64,000 bases of DNA from Glaucostegus cemiculus (GCA_976551045.1 CDPCPM010000026.1:7936001-8000000), one strand, 5' to 3'. Positions 1-12,731 are shown, counted from the first letter of the stretch. The notes: generated from the letters alone by a model not told the origin. Translations and numbers: made by a program.

Positions 1-148
1 TAAAAGCTGTCCTTGAGCCTGGTGGTACATGCTTTTGGGTTCTTGTATCTTCTGCCCAATTGGAGGAGGGAGAAGAGGGAATATCTGGGGTGGGTGGGGT
101 CTTTGATTATGTTGGCTGCTTTACCGAAGCAGTGAGAAGTGTAGACTT
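1..148 (-). mobile_element. Rex1/Babar-like LINE fragment
   Basis: Resembles the 3' ORF region of Rex1/Babar LINEs. Its reverse complement (gcagccaacataatcaaagaccccacccaccc) recurs on the plus strand at ~8057-8100. Confidence 0.5.
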
Positions 149-149
149 T

Positions 150-490
150 ACTGGAGTTCAGAAGAACGTGGGGTTATCAAGCTGAGACAGTCAAAATTCC
201 GAAAGGAACTGACAGGGTAGATAAAGTTTCCTTGGGCTGGCAAACCTTGATCTGGGGGCATTGTTACCAGACAAGTGATTGGACATTTAGGACATAGGAG
301 GAGAAATCTCTTTACTTGAAGGTTTGTAAGTAAACATTTAGATTTCTTCACCCTGATGGTATTTCCTTCACCCTGATGGGTTGCAGATGGTCTTTAAGTG
401 ATGTAGATTCAATGCTAAGATCGGAAGACTTTTGAATCCTAAGGGAATCAGAGGATATGGGGATGGTGGAAAGTGGACCAGAGGTTCAAC
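150..490 (+). mobile_element. Degenerate CR1 LINE 3' fragment
   Basis: Decayed CR1 ORF2 C-terminal signature (gacagggtagat...gtttcc...aggaggagaaatctctttact...aagggaatcagaggatatgggga). Confidence 0.55.
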
Positions 491-1027
491 AGTAGCTAGG
501 AATTTACTGAATCACATGAATGCAGATCAAACAAAGTGACAGATTAGACCAATGAAACAAAAAAAAACATTGCTGCCTGTAATTTTCATGTCCTCTCTGC
601 CTGTCTGAGACCAACTAACTTGGTACTGACTAGAGATTGAATCTGGGACCATGAGCTGGTTCTTCTGCATAATATCCCAAGCTTGGTCTGAGCAACCAAC
701 TTCTTCTATATTGCTGGCTGCACTGCTTGCCTCCTATCCTACCCTTGTCAATTACATTTTTTGTCTCCAAAAACCAACTTGCCCTGATTCAATTTGGTTG
801 CAGTGAAGATCCAAATGTAAAATGACCGACTTCTTCAGAACCAGCAACAGAGAAATGCCCTGTAATATCATGGCATTTTACACAACAGATGGCTGCAAGC
901 TATTGTTATGGTTTTCAACTTCTGCTTTTCAGGATTTGATTAATTTTAACAAAATAAAGCAAAAATTTTACTCCCATTAGAATTTTAAGGATAAACCTCG
1001 ATAATAGGAACTCTGTATTTCAGCAAA

Positions 1028-1330
1028 CAGCACAGTGGCTCAACCAGAAGAGCTGCTGCCTCGCACCTCAAGTGACTTGAGTTCAATCCTGATCTGCGGC
1101 TCCATCTGTGTGGAGTCTGCATGTCCTACCTGTGACCTGTGGGTACACTTCCAGTGCTCTAGTTTCCTCCCACATCCCAAAGGCATGCAGATTAGGAGGT
1201 TACTTGGTGATTGTAAATTGCCCCTTGTGTGCAGGTAGGTAGTAGGAAATTGCAAGGTATTTGGGGAGAATAAAATAGGATATAAAGTTATGTGATCAGT
1301 GTGGACTCGAATTAAGGATTGTTTCTGTCA
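1028..1330 (+). mobile_element. tRNA-derived V-SINE (HE1-like), diverged
   Basis: tRNA-like head (gagttcaatcc B-box) followed by the V-domain gtgtggagtctgcatgtcct...gtttcctcccacatcccaaag. Confidence 0.8.
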
Positions 1331-3156
1331 CTCAAACTCAACCCACCACACAAATTGATAACCATATTGATAAAAAGCAGGTACAATCAATACTGTATTA
1401 CATAATCCAATGAAAGCACATTACATTATGTTTTCCTCACAACAATACAATCAAATGTAATCAAAAAGGGTAAAATATACGCTCAAAACTATTTATCTGG
1501 TACAACACGACTGAAATTGCTTCTATTTCAGATGTTAACAGCGTGACACTGTTAACATCCGGCCAATAGACTGCCATTCATCTGTGCAAACTCTAATGCA
1601 ACTCAGATCTTCTGTTGTCCTGTTCAGGCACGTGACCCAAAGCACAAAGCCAATTAACCGCGGGCAGTTTCACACTGCCTCTGTTTGTCTTTGGATGTTG
1701 GGTGACCATAACCGATGCAAGGCAAAGGCTTTAAAAGCTCTTGAGGAACTTTCGGAACCAAATGTAAAAAAAAGGTTGAATCCAGGGAGCACCCACTATC
1801 ATTCCACTAATTCTGTATGAACTTGGATACAGTTCAATTTTCCCTGGCAAGTAAACCACCAGAAGTAAACAATGAAATATGTTTTAATTTTTACTAGCTG
1901 ACAAAGCATCTACAATGCCACTTTACCTTAACCTCATCAATGTTCCTAATATAAGTTCCTAATATAAAATTTTTGACCACAAGAAATTTTGGCCAGCCTC
2001 AGTAAATCCAGCATAAAATCAAGTGCCTTTTTCCTCAGCAGTTACAGTTACCTTTGAAACAGTTATCTGTAAATGGAAATTTAAGCATAAATTTCTCTGG
2101 TGAATCTAATATAAAATTACCAGCAATATTTATAAATGTCTAAAGTATTATAAATACAGTGGACCACACATTGAGAACAATTCTCATATATTTATTATCT
2201 AAAACAGCTGAAAATGAGACCAAGCTAAGTCATGTTCAGTTAATCATTCTGTGTGGCTGATTATCTGTAGGGCACGTCTCCAGAAGGTAAACTGTGGTAG
2301 TCACCAAAGTTATAGGTGTTAATAGTGTAAAGCAAAGGGGCACTCAGAATCACTAACATGATCTTGTACGTGGCCCATCCTTCCCTCTATATTTTTTCTC
2401 CTCTGACAACATCAATCAGTTGATTCAATTATCATTTGATTCTAAAAGTGATATCAATCTTTTGGTTTACTTGTGATTCTTTTTACGGCACCACACTTTC
2501 AGAACGATCTTATGGTCTTAGAGCAGTGTCGAGGTGGTTTACCTGAAAGGTCCAGTGTTATAAAGTTCAGTTTTGTGAATTACAGAACTAGGGCTATTCT
2601 CCTTGAAACAGAAAAGGATAAGAAGATATAATACAAATATTCTAAATTACAAAGGATAATAAGGAGAAAATGTTTCCAGTGGCTGAACTGTCATAACCAG
2701 AGGATAAATAATTAAGGCTATTAGCAAAAGAGTCAGACTCAACATGAGCAGAAAATATGTGAAACACAAGGTCTGAAAAGATGATGGAATGACATTCAAT
2801 AACAATCCAATAGTAATAACAATTATTCAAAAGTAAAGGAACAAAGTTAGGAGGCTAATGGGAAATAGACACAAGGACAGAAGTGGATGTTTTTATAATT
2901 CAGTATCATTCTATAACTATGTGGTAGCATTGGTTCAATTTTTGGATTCAGAAATCCTTCATTGTTTTAATTAAACAATATCTTAAGTGAAAAATGGTTT
3001 TGTGGCTCTGGATATTTTTCTAATTCTAGTTTGTTTTAAATAAAGTGTCACAAAACCTTCATCGCTACTAAATGGGAAGAGTGTCAGTTATAATCTTCTG
3101 CACCTAATCTGAGTAGTTACAAGCTTTATATACAAGGAGGAGCTCTCTCAACTTAC

Positions 3157-3497
3157 CTTATTTTTGCTATATCCTTTGGCTTGGAACATAAACTGGTTCT
3201 AGAGTTCTTTGAATCTTTATCCTTCTGTTTTGCTTTGCCCTTGCCTGACTTCCTTTCTTCCTTTCGAGCAGACCCAGTGGACAAACAGGCTGGGTTTACA
3301 ACTCTGGGAATATTCTGCTCCCCACGTGCCTTTGCCTTAGCTATTGCTTCTGATATGATCCGATTAGCTTTCTCTTGCTTATTCTGCATTTCCTTCTTTT
3401 TCTGTTTGTTTCCAGTCATCAGCTGTGCATTCTGTAACTTGACAACCTGCTTCGCTTGTGGACTAGAACCATCAACAGTGGTCTGGGAGGAAGGTGG
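3157..3497 (-). CDS. CHD9: CHD9 second coding exon (341 nt; lysine-rich, QEKANRIISEAIAKAKARGEQNIPRV motif)
   Basis: Acceptor ttattttgcag|CCA (phase 0, fits the upstream exon: ...QRQ|PPSS...) and donor AG|GTAAGT at 3156. KQEKANRIISEAIAKAK.RGE.NIPRV is a hallmark of the CHD7/8/9 subfamily. Confidence 0.95.
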
Positions 3498-4559
3498 CTG
3501 CAAAATAACACAAACAAAAAATTATGGATACTTCAAGACAAACAATTACTGTTATATACTTTATGTATTTAGATGCAATTCAAATTATTCTGTGGTCTGG
3601 CAACAAGATAAAAAAAATCCATAGAAATTAATAACAAAACTATATACAATTACTTTCTGCAATATACAGTTTTTTCTTAGTTTTGACCTCTTTCCCCTAT
3701 AGGAAAACTCAGCAAAGCGATCCAAGCTATAGTTGTATGGAAATAAAATAACAGTGGTAAGTGCTTCTCAAGCTTATCCAAATGGCCATACACATTACAT
3801 AATATTTAGAGAGTTTCCACATCTAGAGTACTCACTGTCAACATCTTGAGTGTAGAAGCCTTGATTATCCAGCGTCAGCTGACATGGAGTAGACATTGTG
3901 TGCATATGCCTGATGTACACCTACTGAAACAATTGCTATATTCCCAACTCCAATGGGGAAAGAAAATGGCAAGGTCAAAAAAAAATGCTTTAGAAGCAAC
4001 CTCAAGGTAAACATCCAGAGATCACAGAATGGCAGACAGAAGGCCAGCATCAGGCTACCTGGAGGAAGCTTAACAGAGAAGCAGCGGCTGCCTTTGAGGA
4101 AAACTGTCTCCTCTGGTTATATGTGAATGCTCAAAGGGTCAAGCAATTGAATCAAAGCCACTGGGATGTAATCCTGCCTTCTAACACTACCTGCCAATGT
4201 GTCTACGCCTCATGAATCTGACTCATCAGTCACCTGACGCCATAAAGAAATGTGAGAGATCTTCTTCAACCCTGTGGGATCATCAAGATAAAGCCAAACT
4301 TTATACAGTATTACAAAGGATTTCATTCCTACAATAGGGCAGAGATTGCATATTACACAGAAAAGTATACCATCCCTGCTTTTATATAATCTGAAAGACC
4401 TTAACAAAAGCTTTAATTCCACAGACTGAAAGCAGCGTAGAAGCATTAAATTATAAAGAGTTATAAACAAATTAAGGAAGTGAAGAGAGACTGTAGCAAA
4501 TGGATTTCAATGTCGGCACACTTGAGGTTAGGTTATGAACTGAAAAATTACAAAACAAC

Positions 4560-5030
4560 ATGTTTTTTTCAAGGAAGAAATGGTAGACATAGTGGAGGTC
4601 CAAAGAAAGTTAGGGGATCCATATGCATAAACCATTAAAAAATCAGAGAAAACTACACAAAATAATCAACGTGTGTAAAGGAATGCTGGCCTTTTTAATC
4701 AAAAAAACTGGATTATAAACAGATAGAAATTACACTGCGCTAAGACAAAGTCTTGGTTAGACCACATCTAGAGAGAATCTCCAGGCACTACACCTTAACT
4801 TTGGAGATGATGTACTTTAGATTTACTAGAGGTTATAGGGAGTCAATAGTTTAGAGTTAATAAGAATGATTACACAAACCAGGGGTTATATTCCCTGAGA
4901 CCTAAAAGGTTAAGGTTGCTTTATGCTTTCACTAAGGGTAACTTATAGGGTGGATGAAAAAAATAACTATTTCCATTTGCTATGGACCAGAAGTATCATC
5001 TAAGAACTCAGCAGTGAATTCGGGAAAGAT
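4560..5030 (+). mobile_element. Old CR1 LINE ORF2 fragment
   Basis: Decayed motifs such as ttggttagaccacatctaga (LVRPHLE) and ggaatgctggccttt. Confidence 0.6.
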
Positions 5031-6359
5031 GAGTACATGAAGTTAGGTCACAAAACAAAAATGATCACACTTAAACAGCAGGCCTTAAATGAGCCAATCT
5101 CATTCCAAATTTCCATTAGCCAAGTCAGGCAGTTCCTTGATAAGCTGACAGGTGGTGGGCTTGGGGCAAGACGTTTCTAACAGATTTCCCACACCCAGAG
5201 CTGGAGCATTCAATCAGCCAAACTCAATATTGAGTATTAAAGTGTAGAATACAGAATAAATTAGATCAAAAGACAGTTGAGAATGAAACTTAAACAGGAC
5301 TGTCCTGAAATGTAACACTGTCCTAGAGACCATGACAATTCTAAAGGCATTGATTGATGACTGCATCCACAATTATTCTCAAGTAGCAGTGAATCTGAAT
5401 GTAAACAAGTCATCACAGCTTTTATGAACTTGGCATCTGAGTAAAATTTTAAAGCACAAAATGCCATTTTAGCAAAATACAAGTTAAATTTTTATAGGTA
5501 TTTAAAAATGTCAGACATTACACAAGGTGATACAGAGATTTCTACTATTTGCCATTTAAAGTGAAAACAACGATGAAAGCATTACTCAGGTATTTACAGA
5601 TCTTTGCTGAAGAGGAAATTTCTCCCAAAGTAGCAAAGACAAATCCAAACACCTGATATGCTACGAGATTGACTGTATGATAGATAAAACTCAGTGCTGT
5701 TTAAATTGGTTAACCCTAGGAGTGGCTACCTCTACAAAATTATAAACACGCTAGATTATATTTTCCAAGTCTTATATTTTCTGATTACGTGCAAAATAGC
5801 ACAACTAAACTGCACACAGAATTACAGAATAAACTCGAATAAAATCAAGATGACAAATAAATTCTCCAAACTAAACAGTAAATTTCTGCCACAGGACCAT
5901 ACACAATATTGACTTCAGTCCACATTTAAATTGGAAGAACAAAGGATCTAAAAGTAGATCTGAATACGTGACCAAAGCCCCTTACTTCGGCATCAACAAT
6001 ATTTTTAGGTCAGCTTAGCTACAGGCAAAGACATTAACTGAAAAAGCTATCATCATTCTAACAAGCTGTACATTACATGCAATCATAGAAAAGCTAAAAG
6101 GAACCTCTTTTAAAAGATGTGTGTTTGATCCCCTAATATAACTGCAATTTTTTTTACTCTATCCGTTTTTTGCCTGTTAAGTAGGCATAAAGCAATGGCC
6201 TTATTCACAGAGGTTTAAACAAACAAGCTGTTTATATCATTACTGCACCAATTTTGAAATATGTTAAGGACACCACATTTACCCACTGCACCTTTCCAGG
6301 AATCTGAATCTGAATAGCTTCCCGTTTAAATAGAGCAGTAAGATACATCTTAGCATGTC

Positions 6360-6830
6360 TGTGTTTCTCACCCATAAATGAGCTGCTGACTACAGCAAAG
6401 TAAATTGCCACCAGGCATTTCCAAACAGATATTCAGGCCAATGCCAGTGCACTCCACTGGATAATATTTCTGCACATGCTTCATCAGCCTAACAGTAGCG
6501 CTGCAGCACTGGTAGGCAGAGGCAATCAAACAGCTTTCAAACATTGTGAATAAATGCCACCTTTAGGTCTGAGCTAACAAATAACACAAGGCTAAAAGAA
6601 AGCTGCAACAGTTAAGATGGCGTTGCATTGCGACTCAGTCACCAGCCAGTAGAAAAGAAGGTTATGCAATCCCATTAGCCTTTAGTCCAAACCCCTCCTC
6701 CCACTTATTCAGTCTTTCACTTACCCTTCCTCTAGACCTCCTCACAGAAGCCATCTTTTCATTCAACAAAGGCTAGCCCTCCGCTGTTTCACCTCCGGCT
6801 TTGCTCGTGAGGAAGGCATTGAATGATAAC
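6360..6830 (-). promoter_or_regulatory. Candidate intronic regulatory element / alternative CHD9 promoter and first exon
   Basis: No repeat recognised. YY1-type AAGATGGCG at 6614-6622, C/EBP-type TTATGCAAT at 6662-6670, CCCCTCCTCCC box, and a minus-strand donor GG|GTGAGA at 6372/6371. Confidence 0.35.
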
Positions 6831-7547
6831 TGCTAAATGCCCTATTTAGTGTGCTGCAGTGAAGATACACACTTCGCTTCACAAAAACACATTATGATTT
6901 TATCAACGTTTGTCCTCCCTGTGAATCAATACTGCCAAACATATAATCACTGCACATCCAGACAAGGTACTACTGCACACGATCCTGTTTGCACATGAGA
7001 ACATGTGAATATCTAATTAATAGAGGCTTGTAAATCTCGTCTCCAATAAAGCTAAGTAAAATTATGCACCAAAGCATGAAAATGCATCTGCTTGAATAGA
7101 AATGTCGTTCAATAACTGTCGACACTCTGCTCACTTGGACCAGCAGATGGTGCTGCCCATTGTTACTGTTAGGTTTTACTGTAAACCCCCACTCCCAACC
7201 TGCACCCCCTCCCCCCACCAAGAGGACCGCTTGCATCTGCATCCCTTGCTCCTTATCGTAATGACTCAATTGTTTTTCTGTAAGCATATACTTGTTCTCA
7301 TTTATATGGTGACTGCACATAGATAAAGAACAAGATATTTAGAAGAAAATATATTTTGATAGAACACCAGCAAAGATCTTATCTGCAGGACAGAAAAATA
7401 AACTGAATTGGATTTTTGTCTTTTGCATATTTTCCATTTTTTTAAAAACATTTAAATTTAGATATCAAACCAGCAGAGATCTTCATGTCAGAGGAAGTAT
7501 ATAACAAGTTTACATAATTTTGCCTGACAGGGATTAGGTAGGATAAA

Positions 7548-7730
7548 TAGCACAGAATCAGGCCATTCAGGCCGACCAGTCCATGCTGGAATTTATGCCC
7601 CACTTAAGCATCCTCCTATCTTACCTCATGTAAATCTATCAGTGTAAATCTTTATTCCCTCTTCCCCCACCTGCTTGTCCAGCTTTCCCCTCATGCATTA
7701 ATGTGATTCACCCCGGCCATTCCTTGCTAT
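7548..7730 (-). mobile_element. CR1/SINE 3' tail fragment
   Basis: cacagaatcaggccattcaggccgaccagtccatgctg is the reverse complement of the CR1-type 3' end seen elsewhere in the window. Confidence 0.55.
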
Positions 7731-10044
7731 TTCTTGATTATAAATTATTAGTTAATAATGAATAATGCAATATATATTGTTCAACAGTGGCTCAGGTTTT
7801 TTTTAAGTTCAGGCTCATCTTGCTGAACATTAGCTCTGTCAACAGAAAGGGCAGGTAACAGCAAAAAGTGTCAGATTTTAAAAAATTAAGACTGCAGCCT
7901 AGTTTTAGTAAAAACAGTAACAGCTAAGGGAATACAAGAACAATGGGAAGCCTACATCTATTTTGCGCTATGAATATGTGGTGAGAAAGATATTATTTAT
8001 TTAGATGAGACAAGGCAGAATTTAGAAGTGGCTTCCATCTCGTTGTCTTGGTGTAGCAGCCAGCATAATCAAAGACCCCACCCACCCAAGATATTCTCTC
8101 TTATTGTCTCTGGACAGAAAAAAGAATTAAAAGGTCACACTATTAAATGGATAGAAGAAAGTAGCATGTCCAAGTTATGGGAAGAGGAGAAAAAAATATT
8201 AATATAAGGAGAGAGTCCCAAAATATGACAATGGTTCTGATTCAAGCCTCACTACCATCTGACTATTGTCCACAAGTAAGTTTTCAGCAGATAAATCATT
8301 TGAATCAGTGTTCAAGTCTCATAAAACATGACAACCAGATCAGTGTGCCAACAGAACAAGCAACAATGAACTGCTAGCTGAAGATTAGCTCTTCTTGTCT
8401 GGCAGCCTGTAAAACACAACACACAACTACAAGTGACTGAAGGTAAACAATTCTCAGAATATCACGAGCACAGAATGTCCACCAGCAGCACACCATGCAA
8501 GTGCAAGGCCACATCAACTCATTCACCTGTGAGAAATGGCTGCCTAACCTTTTAACAGGTTGTACCTTGTGACTGAGCACGTCAAACCTAAAGTCAAATA
8601 AAAAAGCAATTTAAAAAAGCAGGCTTAGAATTTGACAGCTTAATTCAGATTTATTATACTGCCGTTATGAAAGTAAAAAGATAATTCTTCCCCTCCCCCC
8701 AATATTTTTCCAGAAAGGCTAATGCTGACAGAGGACATTTACGAGAGAGTGCATTTGTTTGGTGTACTCTTCATACAGCCCAGGTAATGGTCCAGGCACA
8801 GGGATTAAAATGGAAGTACTTCAGAATCAGAGTCAAAGCAGAAAGAAAATGGTGCAAGAACTATGCAACTGAGAACTGGAAATTTGACAAAATACCTTAA
8901 TCACAAGATTAAAAAAAACATTAGTGTTGGAATTGCTGAAAATTAAATTTTCTATTTCTTCTTCTTCTTCTCTTTAGAATCCCACAGCACGCACTAATTG
9001 CTTGCCTGGATGATGCTCCAGTGACCCACTCTAGGTTTTTACCACTGCTGATTTGTTACTGGTTGCTCAGAAGAGTACATCACCAGAGATATACCAAAAG
9101 TATACCAAACAAATGCACTTTCTTGTAAAATATCCTCTGTCAGCATAGACTTTCTGAAAAAAATTGTAATTCTTTTCCTTATTGTTTTTTGAGATCAAAA
9201 GAAAAAGGAAAATAAAGAAGAAATAATCTGCACCATAATGCATGAAGATTTGCTGCGGCACTATGCAGGTGAACAGATGTAACTGTGCAACAGGGACAAT
9301 GACTGGCAGATTTCCCACAATTTAACATCAGGAAATGCAAAGCTTTACAGACTTGCTAAAAGCTCCAAATTGTTGCCAATGACTCTACTCCTTCTCCTGT
9401 CTACTTGCTTAGGCCAAATCTGTCTGCACCAGACCAGTTTACACCCAGACTGAGCTTCAAACTCAACACTCTACTCACAAAAGGGAGTGCTCGTTGTTGC
9501 CCTTGATGGGGTTGGATGGATTGAGAGGTCCAGACAGCACCAAAATACGTACACAAGTAGATTCACAAAACAAAAACTTTGATTTCAAATACTGCAAGGG
9601 GTGAGTTGTTATTCTTGTTCAAGTGCAAAATCACCAGCAGCTCAAAGAATCAATCCATTAAAAAGTCTGAAACATAAATCCACCAGTTCTCTGACATGCC
9701 ATGGATGAATAACATTTTGCGTTTATATTATTTTGTGGCCGACTTCACCAAAGATGTGGATGATACCAACGGTGTCATTAGGAGGATAAGTGTGAAATTT
9801 TTGATGTGACAAACAAAGTAAAAGAGGAATTATTGAAGTATGAGCATCTTTGAAAGTGAATAAATCGCCAGGCTGGGATAGATGAAATATATTGCAAGCG
9901 GGTGAAAGAAGCATGAAGGAAACAGTGCAGTCACTGACCATCATTTTTTAATCCAACAGAACTGGTGCTGAAGGAATGGATGCACTGCTAACATTGTTGA
10001 AAGGGATCGGAAGGGATACAGCAAATAATTACAACTCAGTTAAT

Positions 10045-10328
10045 TTAATTCAGTCATGGGGAAATTCAAGGTGAGAGGGGAAAGTTGAAGGAAGATGTAC
10101 AGGGCAGGTGCTGGTGCCTGGAATGGGCTGCCAGGGGAACTGGTGGAAACAGATAGGAGAGAGGCATTCAAGAGGCTTTTAGATAGGCACATGAAGGGAA
10201 TGGAAGGATATGGGCATGGGATCATATGCAGGCAGAAGAGATTTAGTTTAATTTGGCATCATATTCAGTACAGACATCATAGGCTGAAGGATCTGTTCCT
10301 GCGCTGTACTGTTCTATATTCTATATTT
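10045..10328 (+). mobile_element. 5'-truncated CR1 3' end nested in older CR1
   Basis: GAWNGLPGELVE...FKRLLDRHM...MEGYG followed by a (ttctata)n-type tail. Confidence 0.8.
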
Positions 10329-11069
10329 TGCAAAGGCATAGATTAATCATAGAGTCAGCATGGATTTATTAAGGGATCATCCTGTTTGACTAAATTGAAT
10401 TTTTTGAGGTAAAAGGAGGGTCAATGCACTTTATTTATTTACATGCATTTTGGCAAGATTTTTGGCATGGTTCCACATGGCACATGGGGCAATAATGAAA
10501 AAGGACCACAGGAACAAAGAGGCAGCAGGAAAAATTTGATCTGACAAGTTGGCTCAGTGTCAGGAAGTAAAGGGTAGTGGTTTGTGGATGATTTTGCAAC
10601 TGTCACTAGAAGGATTCCATGGGACTCAGTCCATCTTTTTTGTAACTATATTAATGACTTGTACCATATATTAGACTAAAATATCGGTGGCATAATAAGG
10701 AAGTTTGCAGATGATACAAAACATGACCTTGGATTGATAGTGAGCAGAAAAAGTTTAGATTGCAGGAAGATGTGGATGGTCTGGTCAGTTGGGCAGAATA
10801 GTGAAAAATGGAATTTAACCTAACAAAAGTGTGATGAAATGTATTTGGGGAGGTGCAACAGAGGAATATACAATAAAGGTTAGGAATGATGGTGAACACT
10901 GCCAAGGGATCATGCACTGAATGTCCACAAATACTAAAAAAAAACAGTAGGATGCATTCTTTTATTTCTCAAGGCACTGAATTTAAGGGCAGGGAGGATT
11001 TGCTGGACTGTAACACTTGTTGGATCACAGCTCAAGAACCATGTGCACTTCTGATCACAACCTTCCAGG

Positions 11070-11415
11070 AACAGGTATATAAGATGATGAGAGGTATTGA
11101 TCAGGTAGATAGTCAGAGGCTTTTCCCCAGGGCTAAAATGGTGGCCACAAGAGGACATAGGTTTAAGGTGCTGGGAAGTAGATAAAGAGGAGATGTCAGG
11201 GGTAAGTTTTTTTACTTAGAGAGTGGGGAGTGCATGGAATGGGCTGCCGGAAACGGTTGTGGAGGCAGATATGAAGAGACTGTTGGGTAGGTACATGGAG
11301 CAAAATAAGATAGAGGGCTATGGGTAAGCCTAGTAGTTTCTAGTGTAGGGGCATGTTCGGCACAGCTTTGTGGGCCAAAGGGCCTCAATTGTGCTGTAGC
11401 TGTTCTATGTTCTAA
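11070..11415 (+). mobile_element. Younger CR1 3' end nested in older CR1
   Basis: VYKMMRGIDQVDSQRLFPRAKMVATRGHRFKVLG followed by a ttctatgttcta tail; highly similar to the copy at 40926-41460. Confidence 0.9.
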
Positions 11416-11884
11416 CAACATGATTGCATCTGAGGGGATGCAGGGAAGAGTTAAGAGGTTGCCAGGAATGGAATATTTTATCTGAGGAATGACTGGATAG
11501 GCTAAAGTTGCATTCGTTTCTTTTTAACAAAGAAAGTATAGGAGAGACTGAAAAGATGTGTAAAAAAATTATGAGTAGCTTAAACTGAGTAAATAGGAAA
11601 TACCTATTTTCATTGGTAGAAAGGTCAAAAACCAGGGGACAAAGATTTAAAGTAATTGGTAAAAGGATTAGAGGGAAGATGAGGAAAAACAGTTTCTCTC
11701 AGGTCTGGAACTCACTGCCCGAAATGGTGATATGGAGCAGAAACCCTGATCATATTTAAAAAGCATTTGTTGTGTCCTTGAAGAGCTATGACTTGCAGGG
11801 ACACTGTCCTGATGTTGGAAGATGGACCAAGGTTGGGTAGCACATTTTCAATGAGCACAGATATAAATGATCCTTTTATGATTC

Positions 11885-12680
11885 GAAAACACCTTTATGT
11901 CCCAAAGCACCTCAGAGCAGCATTATCAAACAAAAGTTGATACTGACCCATAGAGGGAAATATTAGACATAAGAGACAGCAGATGCTAGAATCTGGAGCA
12001 AAAAAACTGATGGAGGAACTCAGCGGGTCGAGCAGCATCTGTGGAGGTAAAAGGGGTAGTCGGTGTTTCGGCTCGAGACCCTGCAACAGGACTGAGAGTG
12101 TAGAGGGGAGATAGCCAGTACAAAGAGGTGAGAGGGAGAGGCAAGACAAGGGCTGGTAGATGATAGGTGGAACCAGGTGAGGTAGGATTGATGGGCAGAT
12201 GGAGCCAGGTGGGAGAGTGGGTGGGGTGGAATCAGGAGACGGTGGCTGGTGGTTGATAGGTAGAGACAGATAAGGAAAGAGAAAAAATGGGGGGCAAGTA
12301 GAGTCAGGAAGACAGAGGTGAGGAGATAAGTGGAACCAGATAAGGGAGGGAAAGTTAAGGCAAGTAACAAAAAGCTTGGCCAAAGAAAATGGGAAAGGCA
12401 AAATCTATAGAGGAAGGAATTCTGGAGTCCAGGCAGCAGAAAGCATGCAATCAGTGGGAGACCGATGAACATTAGAGACATGCAGAAGGCCAGAACAAAA
12501 AGTGCACATTGTCCTTGAAGGGGATGTAGGCTGGAGAAAGTTATTGGAAAAATATTAGGGAGAAATGCCATTGAAGTATTCAAAGAACATGGATGAGAAT
12601 TTTAAGATTGCTTTTGTTGTGCCAACAGCTCATACCATGGTGAACAGGATTTGGTGAAGGTTAAAAAAGGTGCAGCAACT
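11885..12680 (-). mobile_element. Degenerate L2-like LINE 3' region, interrupted by a Penelope-like insertion
   Basis: The segments at 11885-11968 and 12370-12680 resemble the reverse complement of an L2 3' end (gtcccaaagcac..., gatgagaattttaa). Confidence 0.45.
11970..12345 (-). mobile_element. Penelope-like element terminal region with degenerate hammerhead motif
   Basis: Reverse complement of the elements at 19560-20115 and 20495-20990; contains CTGTTGC-AGGGTCTCGAGCC-GAAAC. Confidence 0.75.
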
Positions 12681-12731
12681 TTGTGTGACTCACTGCTTCA
12701 AGGCATACAAAGTCAACAATACATGCCTGGT

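Larger units (their letters stand above)
9720..11880 (+). mobile_element. Old CR1 LINE ORF2 (RT region to 3' end), interrupted by two younger CR1 3' ends
   Basis: agtcagcatggattt (SQHGF), aagtttgcagatgatacaaaa (KFADDTK), atggaatttaac (MEFN); many stops and frameshifts. Confidence 0.85.

Noticed and set aside
1-3156. Next CHD9 exon (expected to begin with a KLIITLGKK-like sequence)
   Set aside because: No matching sequence found; it presumably lies beyond the left edge of the window.
3181-3624. 147-aa plus-strand ORF
   Set aside because: Antisense shadow of the lysine-rich CHD9 exon; its F/L/S-rich composition is as expected for the reverse complement.
11895-12583. 168-aa and 187-aa minus-strand ORFs
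   Set aside because: They read through the pyrimidine-rich Penelope UTR, which lacks stop codons because of its composition.
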